Shown here in pieces: positions 55,881-64,000 of a stretch of DNA of 64,000 nt (the first letter of the stretch is position 1; each line of letters opens with the position of its first letter). The notes under the pieces are model-generated. The model saw only the letters and a program-made list of their open reading frames with translations, searched no databases and was not told the DNA's origin. Source of the stretch: Candidatus Omnitrophota bacterium (GTDB lineage: Bacteria; Omnitrophota; Omnitrophia; Omnitrophales; Aquincolibacteriaceae); assembly GCA_043821445.1 (NCBI GenBank), contig JBDRCT010000017.1:5679-69678 (forward strand), given 5' to 3'. Both the position numbers and the translations under genes were made by a program.

Positions 55881-57211
55881 TGGGCCAACGCCTCCGCGAA
55901 CCGATCAAGGTCCTCTTTGGATTTCGTCTCGGTCGCACAAACGAGGAACTGGTCCTTAAGCTCGGGATAGAAGGGCTCCAGCAAAACCCCCGGGAAAATA
56001 CCCTGAGCTGTCATTTTCTCTTCGACCTTCGCGAACGGCTTATTCGACCTGACCTTGAATTCATTAAAAATGGGCTGTGCGAGGTCCACTTCAAAATTCT
56101 TGAGTTTCGCGATCTTCTGGCGCAAATAAGTCGCCCGGTCCCAATTAATCTCGGCGATCTCACGGATGCCTTTTTTCCCGAGAAGCGTCATGTACGCGCA
56201 CGCGGCCAAAGCGCAAAGCGCCTGATTGCTGCAAATATTGGAACCCGCGCGCTCGCGGCGGATGTGTTGTTCACGCGCCTGAAGCGTAAGACAGAACGCC
56301 CGCTTCCCGTCCGCGTCCTGGGTCAGGCCCGCAAGTCTTCCGGGAATACGGCGCATGAGAGCCCGCGAGGTCACGAAATAACCCAAATAAGGGCCGCCGA
56401 ACTCCATGGAAAGACCGAGCGGCTGTCCTTCTCCCGCCGCGATGTCCGCCCCCCACTCCCCGGGCGATTTGAAAAGCCCCCAAGACAAAGGGTCGCCGGT
56501 AAGGATCATAAGCGAACCGTTCGCGTGGATCTTTTCACCCGCACCTTCGAGGTCCTCCGTATTGCCAAAGAAATTCGGCGTCTGGAAGATCACCCCGGCC
56601 ACGCTCGGGTCGAGTTTCGAGGCAAATTCTTTGCGGTTAAAATTCCCCTTTCCATCAAATCCGAATTCCTCGATCATATAAGGTGTACCCGCGAGGTATG
56701 TCCGTATAATCTCCCGATAGTGAGGATGCACGGAACGTGCGACAAGAAGTTTCGAACGGTCTATATGCTTGAGCGCAACCAAGGCGGCTTCCGCGAGACT
56801 GGTGGCACCGTCATAATGGGAGGCATTGGAAACGTCCAGGCCCGTCAACTCCGTCATGAGACTTTGATATTCATAGATGGCTTGCAAAGTCCCTTGGGAG
56901 GCCTCAGGCTGATAAGGTGTATAGGCCGTAAGGAATTCCTGGCGTCCGACGATCTCGAGGGCCGCCGCAGGAATAAAATGTTCGTAACTTCCCGCGCCGA
57001 GAAATGAAAGGACGTCCCGGGTTGTGGTGTTCTTGCGCCCGAGCTTTGAGATCAGGTCCTGGATCTCGGGCTCGCTTAAAAAAGACGGCAAAACGATCTT
57101 GGGATCACGCAGCGAAACCGGGATATCCGTGATCAGCTCATCGAATGAACGGACACCAATCCGATCAAGCATGGACCTTTTTTCTTCTTCCGTGAGCGAG
57201 AGGTAGGGCAT
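55874..57211 (-). CDS. gcvPA: glycine dehydrogenase subunit 1
   Basis: Collinear with GcvPA. Overlaps gcvPB by 7 nt. Confidence 0.9.
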   Translation of the reverse strand: MPYLSLTEEEKRSMLDRIGVRSFDELITDIPVSLRDPKIVLPSFLSEPEIQDLISKLGRKNTTTRDVLSFLGAGSYEHFIPAAALEIVGRQEFLTAYTPYQPEASQGTLQAIYEYQSLMTELTGLDVSNASHYDGATSLAEAALVALKHIDRSKLLVARSVHPHYREIIRTYLAGTPYMIEEFGFDGKGNFNRKEFASKLDPSVAGVIFQTPNFFGNTEDLEGAGEKIHANGSLMILTGDPLSWGLFKSPGEWGADIAAGEGQPLGLSMEFGGPYLGYFVTSRALMRRIPGRLAGLTQDADGKRAFCLTLQAREQHIRRERAGSNICSNQALCALAACAYMTLLGKKGIREIAEINWDRATYLRQKIAKLKNFEVDLAQPIFNEFKVRSNKPFAKVEEKMTAQGIFPGVLLEPFYPELKDQFLVCATETKSKEDLDRFAEALAQC

Positions 57212-57225
57212 GAGGACTTTTCGAT

Positions 57226-57618
57226 TTAATGTTTCGGAGCCTGCTCAACGACCACGCGGTACTGCGTAGCCGTCATAAGGGCGTCAAGCTCCGCAGGACT
57301 GGAAAGCTCCAGTTCAAAGATCCAGCCCTCCGTATAAGGACTTTGATTGATGAGTCCCGGATTCGATTCAAGTGCTTTATTCGCATCCGTGATCTTACCG
57401 GAGACCGGTGCGTAGATATCGAAAGCCGCTTTGACGGATTCCACAACCGCCGCCATCTTGGCCTGCTGGACGATCTGACCTTGTTTGGGCAGATCCACGA
57501 ATACGACGTCCGAGATCTCCCCTTGCGCATATTGGGTCACGCCGACCTTGGCCTTCGCACCCTCGACGGCGATCCATTCGTGGGTCTTGGTATAACGCAA
57601 ATTTTCAGGAAAATCCAT
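57226..57618 (-). CDS. gcvH: glycine cleavage system H protein
   Basis: Lipoyl-lysine motif VESVKAA. 130 aa. Confidence 0.9.
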   Translation of the reverse strand: MDFPENLRYTKTHEWIAVEGAKAKVGVTQYAQGEISDVVFVDLPKQGQIVQQAKMAAVVESVKAAFDIYAPVSGKITDANKALESNPGLINQSPYTEGWIFELELSSPAELDALMTATQYRVVVEQAPKH

Positions 57619-57671
57619 GATTGCCTCCCATTGAAAATGTCGGAAAATTTTAGAAGTGAATTGAGGTCATT

Positions 57672-58769
57672 CTACCCTTTTCTCTTATAAAAAGGTAGTG
57701 AAACCAGAACGGCCTCCACGGGTTTCCCGCGCACTAGCACTTCGATCGCGTTCCCGGTCTTGGCCTCCGCCGCCGGCACATAACCCATACCGATATTCTT
57801 GCCCGTGGTCGGAATGAAACTGCCGCTTGTGACCATTCCGATCGTTTTGCCGTTTTTTTGGATCTCAAAACCTTGACGCGGAATGCCCCGCCCGATCATT
57901 TCAAAACCGATCCTTTTTTTCAGGATCCCCATTGCCTTCTGTTTTTTGAGAACTGCGTTTCCCGGGAACTCGTCTTTGGTCAGATCGATCGCCCATTCCA
58001 GGTCTGCCTCAAGCGGCGTAATCTCATCCGTGAGCTCGTGCCCGTAAAGCGGCATCGCGGCTTCCAGACGCAACGTGTCGCGCGCACCGAAACCGATCGG
58101 TAAAAGCCCGTGCTTGGCTCCCATACGGGAAAGAACGTCCCAGACTTGCTTTAGCTTGTATTTGGGGACCATGATTTCGTAGCCGTCTTCGCCCGTATAT
58201 CCCGTCCTCGCGATAATGCCCCCCTCAAAATCCTTGTAATGAAAACGGCGGAGATCTTTATAAAAAGCCCCGAAACATTCGAGAAGGATCGTCTGACTCA
58301 AAGGTCCCTGAAGCGCCAAGAGCCCCATCGTATGGCTCAAGTCCGTAAGGGTCACTCCTCGCGTCACGCGGGTATTGAACCATTCGAAATCTTTCTCGAT
58401 ATTGCCGGCATTTACAATGATGAGGAACTTTTGTTTGTCCATGCGGTAAACGATGATGTCATCTATCATGCCGCCCCGGTCGTTCACAAGCGGCATGTAG
58501 AACGCCTGGCTGAATTGGAGAGGAGCGATGCGCCGCGGCAGGTTCTTTTCAAGATAGTCCAGCACACCGGGGCCTTCGACAAGAAATTCCCCCATGTGGG
58601 AAATATCAAAGATGCCCGCCTTGTTACGAACGGCGGTGTGTTCTTCCATGATGCTGGCGTAAAAGAGCGGGACAAGCCATCCCCCGAAATCGCCCATCCG
58701 GGCGCCTTTTCGGAGATGTTCATCGTGCAACGGAAGCTTCTTCGGTTCTGTCTCTAACGTCATGGTCAT
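57672..58769 (-). CDS. gcvT: glycine cleavage system aminomethyltransferase T
   Basis: ARTGYTGEDGYEI. 365 aa. Confidence 0.9.
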   Translation of the reverse strand: MTMTLETEPKKLPLHDEHLRKGARMGDFGGWLVPLFYASIMEEHTAVRNKAGIFDISHMGEFLVEGPGVLDYLEKNLPRRIAPLQFSQAFYMPLVNDRGGMIDDIIVYRMDKQKFLIIVNAGNIEKDFEWFNTRVTRGVTLTDLSHTMGLLALQGPLSQTILLECFGAFYKDLRRFHYKDFEGGIIARTGYTGEDGYEIMVPKYKLKQVWDVLSRMGAKHGLLPIGFGARDTLRLEAAMPLYGHELTDEITPLEADLEWAIDLTKDEFPGNAVLKKQKAMGILKKRIGFEMIGRGIPRQGFEIQKNGKTIGMVTSGSFIPTTGKNIGMGYVPAAEAKTGNAIEVLVRGKPVEAVLVSLPFYKRKG

Positions 58770-58858
58770 ATGGAAAAAAACCAGATTGATTGAAAAAAGA
58801 AGAGAAAAGTCAGAGCGGGATTATAGAAGTTCGCCGAAGAAAAAGAAAGCCAAAAAAC

Positions 58859-60109
58859 TTAAAAGTAGTTGGTAATCCAAGCGCGGGCGGCAGTAGCGGT
58901 CTTGGCGATAAGACCGCGAGGGGTGAAGAGGGCTTCCTGGGCGCGCTTGTAGGTCATGATCCACCGGAACATGCCGAGCGCGGATGCCATAGACGGATCG
59001 CGGACAAGTTCCTGTGAAGCTTCCACGTGGCGTGAGATCCCGAGCTTTCCGTCACGCGAGAATTCCCTTTGGACCCACTCGAGAAAACCGTCCGTCATTA
59101 CCGCCCCCCCGGTGAAAAGGATGTGCGGATAACGGACTTTCTCGTCCTGCATGAAGCCATCCGCAGACTCCAGAATCTGGGTCATCCATCCATGCGCGTG
59201 TTTAAAGAATTTCTGAAGGAATTCCTTGCGCGAAATGGACTGCTGGACCTTCTCGTTACGCGTGACAAGCGGCACAAGTTCTTCACTTTCTTGTTCACGG
59301 GCGTCGAGTGTCGCAAATTTTTCCTTCACCTTCTCGGCATCCCGCTCCTCGATATTCCAGTCCTTGGCCAGGCATTGGGTGAGATAGTGTCCGCCCGTCG
59401 GGAGCGTCCGCACTCCGGTCAAAAGACCATTTTTCCAAAGCACCAGCTGCGTCGCATCGTCCGCAATGTCCAGGATCATGCCCCCTTCCTGTTTCTCGGC
59501 ATCCCCCAGCACGGCCTCGGACAGCGGTAAAATCTTCGGGAAATAGCCCTCCACATCGAGATCCAACGTCTCAAAGATCTTGGCAATATTACGAAAAGCC
59601 TGAAATTCCATGGTATAGATCTGAAGCGTCACTCCCAGACGCTCGGCCTCGAGACCCACGGGATTGCGCACCGCCGGCATATCATTCACGAGAAAAGATT
59701 CCGGAATAGCCTGCAAGATCGATTCGTTCAGAGGCAGCGTGGCGACATTCCTCGTTTGCTGGACCACGGATTGGATCTCATGCGAGCTGATCGTACGCCG
59801 TTCGGGAGAATAATATTCGCAGCTTGAGAATCGATACATCTTGAAACGGCTATTCCCAAGCACCACATAGATCGAGACCTGTTCCCAGGCCTCGGATGGC
59901 AAAAGTGCTTTCATCAACTTCTCAAGGGAGGTGCTCGCGTTCTGGAGATTCGAGACCAGTCCTTTTTCAAAACCCTCCGGAAACAAGACCTCTTCGTGAC
60001 GAAGCACCTGTGGATGGCTGCCGCCCGTATCTCCCAACATCACCGTCAACTTCCGGGTACCGATATAAACAACCACGCATTTGTTCTTCAGATCGACCGG
60101 AATGTTCAT
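58859..60109 (-). CDS. ftsA: cell division protein FtsA
   Basis: Actin-fold N-terminus VVVYIGTRKLTVMLG. Overlaps ftsQ by 4 nt. Confidence 0.8.
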   Translation of the reverse strand: MNIPVDLKNKCVVVYIGTRKLTVMLGDTGGSHPQVLRHEEVLFPEGFEKGLVSNLQNASTSLEKLMKALLPSEAWEQVSIYVVLGNSRFKMYRFSSCEYYSPERRTISSHEIQSVVQQTRNVATLPLNESILQAIPESFLVNDMPAVRNPVGLEAERLGVTLQIYTMEFQAFRNIAKIFETLDLDVEGYFPKILPLSEAVLGDAEKQEGGMILDIADDATQLVLWKNGLLTGVRTLPTGGHYLTQCLAKDWNIEERDAEKVKEKFATLDAREQESEELVPLVTRNEKVQQSISRKEFLQKFFKHAHGWMTQILESADGFMQDEKVRYPHILFTGGAVMTDGFLEWVQREFSRDGKLGISRHVEASQELVRDPSMASALGMFRWIMTYKRAQEALFTPRGLIAKTATAARAWITNYF

Positions 60110-60921
60110 GATTTCCTTTTAACCGCCACGCGGTCGTATTGCAGGTCCATGTATTCAACATTCTCACGCGGCTCGGTCTTTAAAAGATAGACGGCATTGG
60201 TGAGGGAGGCGATGGCTTCAGATGCTTTGCGACCAAGCTTAAAATCCGGCCCTTCCCCCAGCCTGACCGTCACATATCCGTTCGGATCCAGACTGATCCG
60301 GGTCACGGTCTCGTGACGCGCAAGCTCATGTTTCCGGAAAACTTTCATGAATCGTAAGGCTTCAGCAAAACCTTTGTTTTGGAGACGCGCGCCGATCCGG
60401 GGTTCTTTGAACGGTTCGCTGAAATCCTCCATAAGGATCCATGTAGGATCAAGTGCCGGACGGATCTCGATGATGAAGCCGTCGTCCGCCGCGATCGCAT
60501 AGGGACCTCCCGGCTTCAGCTGCACATTCACGACGGGCCTGCGTTTCTGGATCTCGACACGGATCGTCGTCGGCATCTCGCGGACCACACGCACGCTTTG
60601 TGCTCCGGGTCCGAGCTCGATCGTGTTTGCGATCTTTTTCAGATCGAGCAGCAGGATATTCTTGCCGAGGATCTTATCTTCGAGTGTGCGGATACTCTGA
60701 GGCGAAAGGGCGTCCGGCGGAACAACCTGGATGGACTGTACTCTGAGCCAACGATCCTCGCACAAACCTTTCTTCACGACAAGACCGGCATAGACCAGCG
60801 CCCCGGCGATCACCGCAACCGGAAGTAATTTCCAAACAAGCCAGCCGATCCCACGGAACATCGCTCCGAGCGAAGAAAAGAACCACCCCTTTTTACCTTT
60901 TTTGAACTTTTTCCTGCCCAT
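60106..60921 (-). CDS. ftsQ: cell division protein FtsQ/DivIB (POTRA)
   Basis: N-terminal TM, then a POTRA-like region. Sits at the expected dcw position between ddl and ftsA. Confidence 0.6.
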   Translation of the reverse strand: MGRKKFKKGKKGWFFSSLGAMFRGIGWLVWKLLPVAVIAGALVYAGLVVKKGLCEDRWLRVQSIQVVPPDALSPQSIRTLEDKILGKNILLLDLKKIANTIELGPGAQSVRVVREMPTTIRVEIQKRRPVVNVQLKPGGPYAIAADDGFIIEIRPALDPTWILMEDFSEPFKEPRIGARLQNKGFAEALRFMKVFRKHELARHETVTRISLDPNGYVTVRLGEGPDFKLGRKASEAIASLTNAVYLLKTEPRENVEYMDLQYDRVAVKRKS

Positions 60922-60927
60922 GGAGAA

Positions 60928-61893
60928 TTATTTCTTTCCTTTTCGTTCGTAAGCATCCGCAAGAACACGCAAGCACAATTCCTCAAAACTGATTCCGACT
61001 GCCTGCGCCGCTTTCGGAAGAAGGCTGAATTCCGTAAGCCCGGGAATACTGTTCACCTCCAGCACATACGGCCGGTTCTTGCAATCCAACATCACATCCA
61101 CCCTTGAAAATCCCTTGAGCCCGAGACCCCGGTAAACCCGGTAGGCGATGGCCTGGATCTTTCGGGCGACCTTGGCCGGGATCTTGGCCGGCACTTCGTA
61201 GGTCGTCATCCCTTTGGTGTATTTCGCTTTGTAATCATAAAAGGGACGCGATGGCTTCACTTCCACGATGGGGAGCTTCAGGTGCCCCAAAAGTCCGGCC
61301 GTTAATTCGCGTCCGGCGATCTTTTTTTCGATCAAAAGCCTTCCGAACCGTAATACGGACCGTCTTAATCTTTCGGCTGATCTCTGAAAATCTTCAACCA
61401 AGAACACGCCCTGACTCGACCCTCCGTCAAGCGGTTTGGCAAAATAAGGCGTTGGGAACGCCGCGGCTACTTTGTGCCAATTTTTTTTATTGAGGATTGC
61501 GTACTCCGGTGTCGGAACACCAAACTTCGTAAAATGGCGTTTGCTGATCCCCTTATCAAAACTTTTCGCACAAGCACCGGAGGGCGAGCCCGTAAAAAGA
61601 AGGCCCTTCCGTTCCAGCATTTTTTGGAGCACGCCGTCCTCCCCGCCCTTACCGTGAAGGGCGATAAAAAGGATATCGACCTCGCGAATTTTCCGGGAAA
61701 AAGCCTTCCGATCGGCAGGATCGACCGGAAAGGCCGGAATGCCCACGCGCTTAAAAGCACGGGTCACCGCACGGCCGGAGCGGAGCGAAATGCGCCGTTC
61801 GGCCGAAAGGCCGCCACGCACCACGCCGATCTTAATTTTCTTGAACGATGCGAATTTCGAATTCGAAAGTAATTCCGCTTGCATGCAAAACAA
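60928..61893 (-). CDS. ddl: D-alanine--D-alanine ligase
   Basis: IALHGKGGEDG and an ATP-grasp C-terminus. Confidence 0.9.
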   Translation of the reverse strand: MFCMQAELLSNSKFASFKKIKIGVVRGGLSAERRISLRSGRAVTRAFKRVGIPAFPVDPADRKAFSRKIREVDILFIALHGKGGEDGVLQKMLERKGLLFTGSPSGACAKSFDKGISKRHFTKFGVPTPEYAILNKKNWHKVAAAFPTPYFAKPLDGGSSQGVFLVEDFQRSAERLRRSVLRFGRLLIEKKIAGRELTAGLLGHLKLPIVEVKPSRPFYDYKAKYTKGMTTYEVPAKIPAKVARKIQAIAYRVYRGLGLKGFSRVDVMLDCKNRPYVLEVNSIPGLTEFSLLPKAAQAVGISFEELCLRVLADAYERKGKK

Positions 61894-61973
61894 CCTTTGG
61901 GACTTTCTTAATATTTTATGTTTATTTCATTCCGGATCTGGCACGCAAAACTGTGTGAAGCTCAACGGAAACG

Positions 61974-63383
61974 CTACGTTGAGGCGCAGGCGTCGAGGTG
62001 ACTCACGAACTCGCTGGCGATATCCCCGATGTCTCCCGCCCCCATAAAGATCATCACGCCATCTTTAAGCGGATGCTCCACCAGGAAAGGAAGGATCTGT
62101 TCTTTACGCACGACTGAAACGTGCTTGTGTCCAGTCTTCAAAACTTCCTGATAGACCAGCTCGACATTAACTCCGTCGGGATTAGGCTCCCCTGCGCTAT
62201 AAATATCCGTCAGAACGACTTCATCGGCATCATCGAACGCGTGGGCGAATTCCCGGTAAAGGTTCTTCGTACGGCTGTAACGATGAGGCTGAAAAATAAC
62301 ACGCACATACTTTCCAGCTTCGTGAAGGGCGCGCAATACCGCTTTGACCTCGGTCGGATGATGCGCGTAATCATCGAGCACCAGGAATTGCGAGGTCTGT
62401 CCTTTGAGCTCCATACGTCGCTTCGTTCCTTTGAACGTGGCCAGCGCTTCGCGAACCAGATCTAGATCGAATCCCAAATTCAATAGGATGGACAACGTCG
62501 CTAGGGCATTGGCGATGTTGTGGCGCCCCGGTACGGAAAGTTTCATGTGCGCGCTATAAAGACCGGACTCGAAAAGGTCGAATTCAGAACCGAATGCGTG
62601 AAGGCAAACATTTTGGGCCGAATAAATGCATTCCTCGGAAAACCCGAAATTAACGCAAGGACGGCCGCTCTCCCGCACCAGCATGTGAAGCGTCGGATCA
62701 TCGCCAAAATAAGCTACTAGCCCCGGATCCTGGACTTGCTCGAGGAAACGGCGGAACGAATCCGTCAAATTCTCCCAGGTACCATAATGATCCAGATGTT
62801 CAGGCTCGAGGTTCGTGATAATCGAATAATGGGGGGCATAAAATTCATGGGAACTATCGCTTTCGTCCACCTCGCTTACCCAATAATCGCGACCGCCAGC
62901 CACGATATTGGTATCATAATTGAGCATATCACTGCCTACGAAACAGGTGGGGTTCGCGCCGATCTGTGACAGCACGTGAGAAACCATGGCCGATGTTGTG
63001 GTCTTGCCGTGCGTCCCCAAGACCCCGATCGAGGTCTCGGCATGGTTGAGAAGCGAGGCAAGCACCTCAGCCCGGTGATGGACCTTGAGTCCGAGCCGCC
63101 GGGCCTCTTTGAGCTCCAGATGATCTCCACCAATCGCGGTGGAATAGATAATAAGATCGGCGTCTCCAAACCCGACTTTCTTTTGCCCGATATGGACCGG
63201 GATACCGAAGCGGCGGAGACTTTGCGTTACGAATGTTTCTTTGGAGTCGGAGCCGGAAACCGAAAGTCCCAGATGCTTCAAAATGCGCGCAAGCCCGCTC
63301 ATCCCGGAACCTCCGATCCCGATCAGATAGGCCGCACGACTTTCGCGGATTAGATTATCGTGTATGATCTTCATGGGTTTCAA
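61974..63383 (-). CDS. murC: UDP-N-acetylmuramate--L-alanine ligase
   Basis: GIGGSGMSGLA and GTHGKTTT. Confidence 0.9.
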   Translation of the reverse strand: MKPMKIIHDNLIRESRAAYLIGIGGSGMSGLARILKHLGLSVSGSDSKETFVTQSLRRFGIPVHIGQKKVGFGDADLIIYSTAIGGDHLELKEARRLGLKVHHRAEVLASLLNHAETSIGVLGTHGKTTTSAMVSHVLSQIGANPTCFVGSDMLNYDTNIVAGGRDYWVSEVDESDSSHEFYAPHYSIITNLEPEHLDHYGTWENLTDSFRRFLEQVQDPGLVAYFGDDPTLHMLVRESGRPCVNFGFSEECIYSAQNVCLHAFGSEFDLFESGLYSAHMKLSVPGRHNIANALATLSILLNLGFDLDLVREALATFKGTKRRMELKGQTSQFLVLDDYAHHPTEVKAVLRALHEAGKYVRVIFQPHRYSRTKNLYREFAHAFDDADEVVLTDIYSAGEPNPDGVNVELVYQEVLKTGHKHVSVVRKEQILPFLVEHPLKDGVMIFMGAGDIGDIASEFVSHLDACAST

Positions 63384-64000
63384 TCAACTTTCGGGCTATT
63401 TCTATGAGTTCTTCCGTGGCCTTGGGCCGCGAGAGCTCTTTGATCGATCTTGCGATCCCTGCTAGGGATCCAGGATCTTCGATCGCTCGCCGCAGCTGGT
63501 CGACAAGCCAATCTTTCGCCCTGGAATCCTCTTCATGAAAGATCAGCCCGCCCTTTTCCGCGAAGCCTTGCGCATTGCGCTTTTGATGACCGCCTGCATG
63601 AGGATAAGGAATTACGAACGCCGGAACTCCGAATGCCGCTAATTCAAAAAGCGTATTTGCGCCGGCCCGGGTGATAGCAAGATCCGTCTTTTGAAAAAGC
63701 TCATCCATAGCGCTGTAAAACTCGTGCACTTCGTATGATAAAGCCAGCCGTTCGTAACGTTCCGCAACCCAAGCTTGGTCCTGTTTTCCCGTAATATGAA
63801 TAACGGCAATTTTGGATCTTTCTTCATCCGACAATGCCGCGATCGCGTCCGTGACCACCGCGTTTAAGCCCTGGGCGCCTTGCGAACCGCCGACCACAAG
63901 CAGGGTAAACGAACGCGGGACCGATTCCCCCGTCACTCGCACGGCCGCATCCACGATAAACGACCGCAAGGGCAGTCCTGTTGTGTAGAGCTTCTTAGGC
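63355..64000 (-). CDS. murG: MurG glycosyltransferase, C-terminal part; the gene continues beyond the window end
   Basis: The frame stays open to position 64000. GANTLFELAAFGVPAFVIPYPHAGGHQKRNA is typical of the MurG C-terminal domain. Confidence 0.85.
   Translation of the reverse strand, partial: PKKLYTTGLPLRSFIVDAAVRVTGESVPRSFTLLVVGGSQGAQGLNAVVTDAIAALSDEERSKIAVIHITGKQDQAWVAERYERLALSYEVHEFYSAMDELFQKTDLAITRAGANTLFELAAFGVPAFVIPYPHAGGHQKRNAQGFAEKGGLIFHEEDSRAKDWLVDQLRRAIEDPGSLAGIARSIKELSRPKATEELIEIARKLIETHEDHTR

Noticed and set aside
63355-63969. Treating the track's 204-aa ORF as a complete murG
   Set aside because: Its 'M' is a TTG/Leu codon inside an open frame that continues to position 64000. 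The gene is partial, with its N-terminal half outside the window.

Overview
This is a 64 kb window with moderately high GC (about 57-60% by eye) in which every protein-coding gene I can support lies on the minus strand; the long plus-strand ORFs in the track are antisense shadows. The window holds about 41 minus-strand genes and one tRNA. A 23.8 kb single ORF (2184..26009, 7941 aa) dominates the window. It encodes a signal-anchored giant protein with several transmembrane (TM) clusters, including one block of about 940 aa with roughly 20 helices, and I recognised no adhesin-type tandem repeats or NRPS/PKS motifs. The giant gene is followed at its 3-prime end by a compact RHH-antitoxin/RelE-toxin cassette (1563..2081) bracketed by a 19-nt direct repeat of the giant gene's own 3-prime end and by inverted heptamer arrays. 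An AT-rich 450 bp promoter region lies upstream of the giant gene and adjoins a tRNA-Ala(CGC) locus (27180..27252). That locus carries tRNA-gene fragments, two perfect 88-bp tandem units, and a family of 41-nt 'CCAAT/ATTGG' palindromic elements. At least 8 copies of this palindromic family are confined to 26.5-35.2 kb, all sitting upstream of minus-strand genes.

The 26-35 kb block also encodes a lysophospholipase-like hydrolase, a secreted coiled-coil protein, a cNMP-binding patatin-like phospholipase, two PilZ proteins flanking YajQ, two SPOR-domain proteins and a GNAT acetyltransferase. The remainder is housekeeping: lepB-lepA, rpe, an M16 peptidase, ruvX, trpA-trpB, BatD/BatE-like proteins, an M48 peptidase, plsC, uvrD/pcrA, gcvT-H-PA-PB with a lipoate ligase, and ftsA-ftsQ-ddl-murC-murG with no ftsZ or murB in the expected place. 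Taxon inference: an uncultivated-lineage bacterium in which giant membrane-protein genes are known, for example Omnitrophota-like. That guess is unproven from this window.
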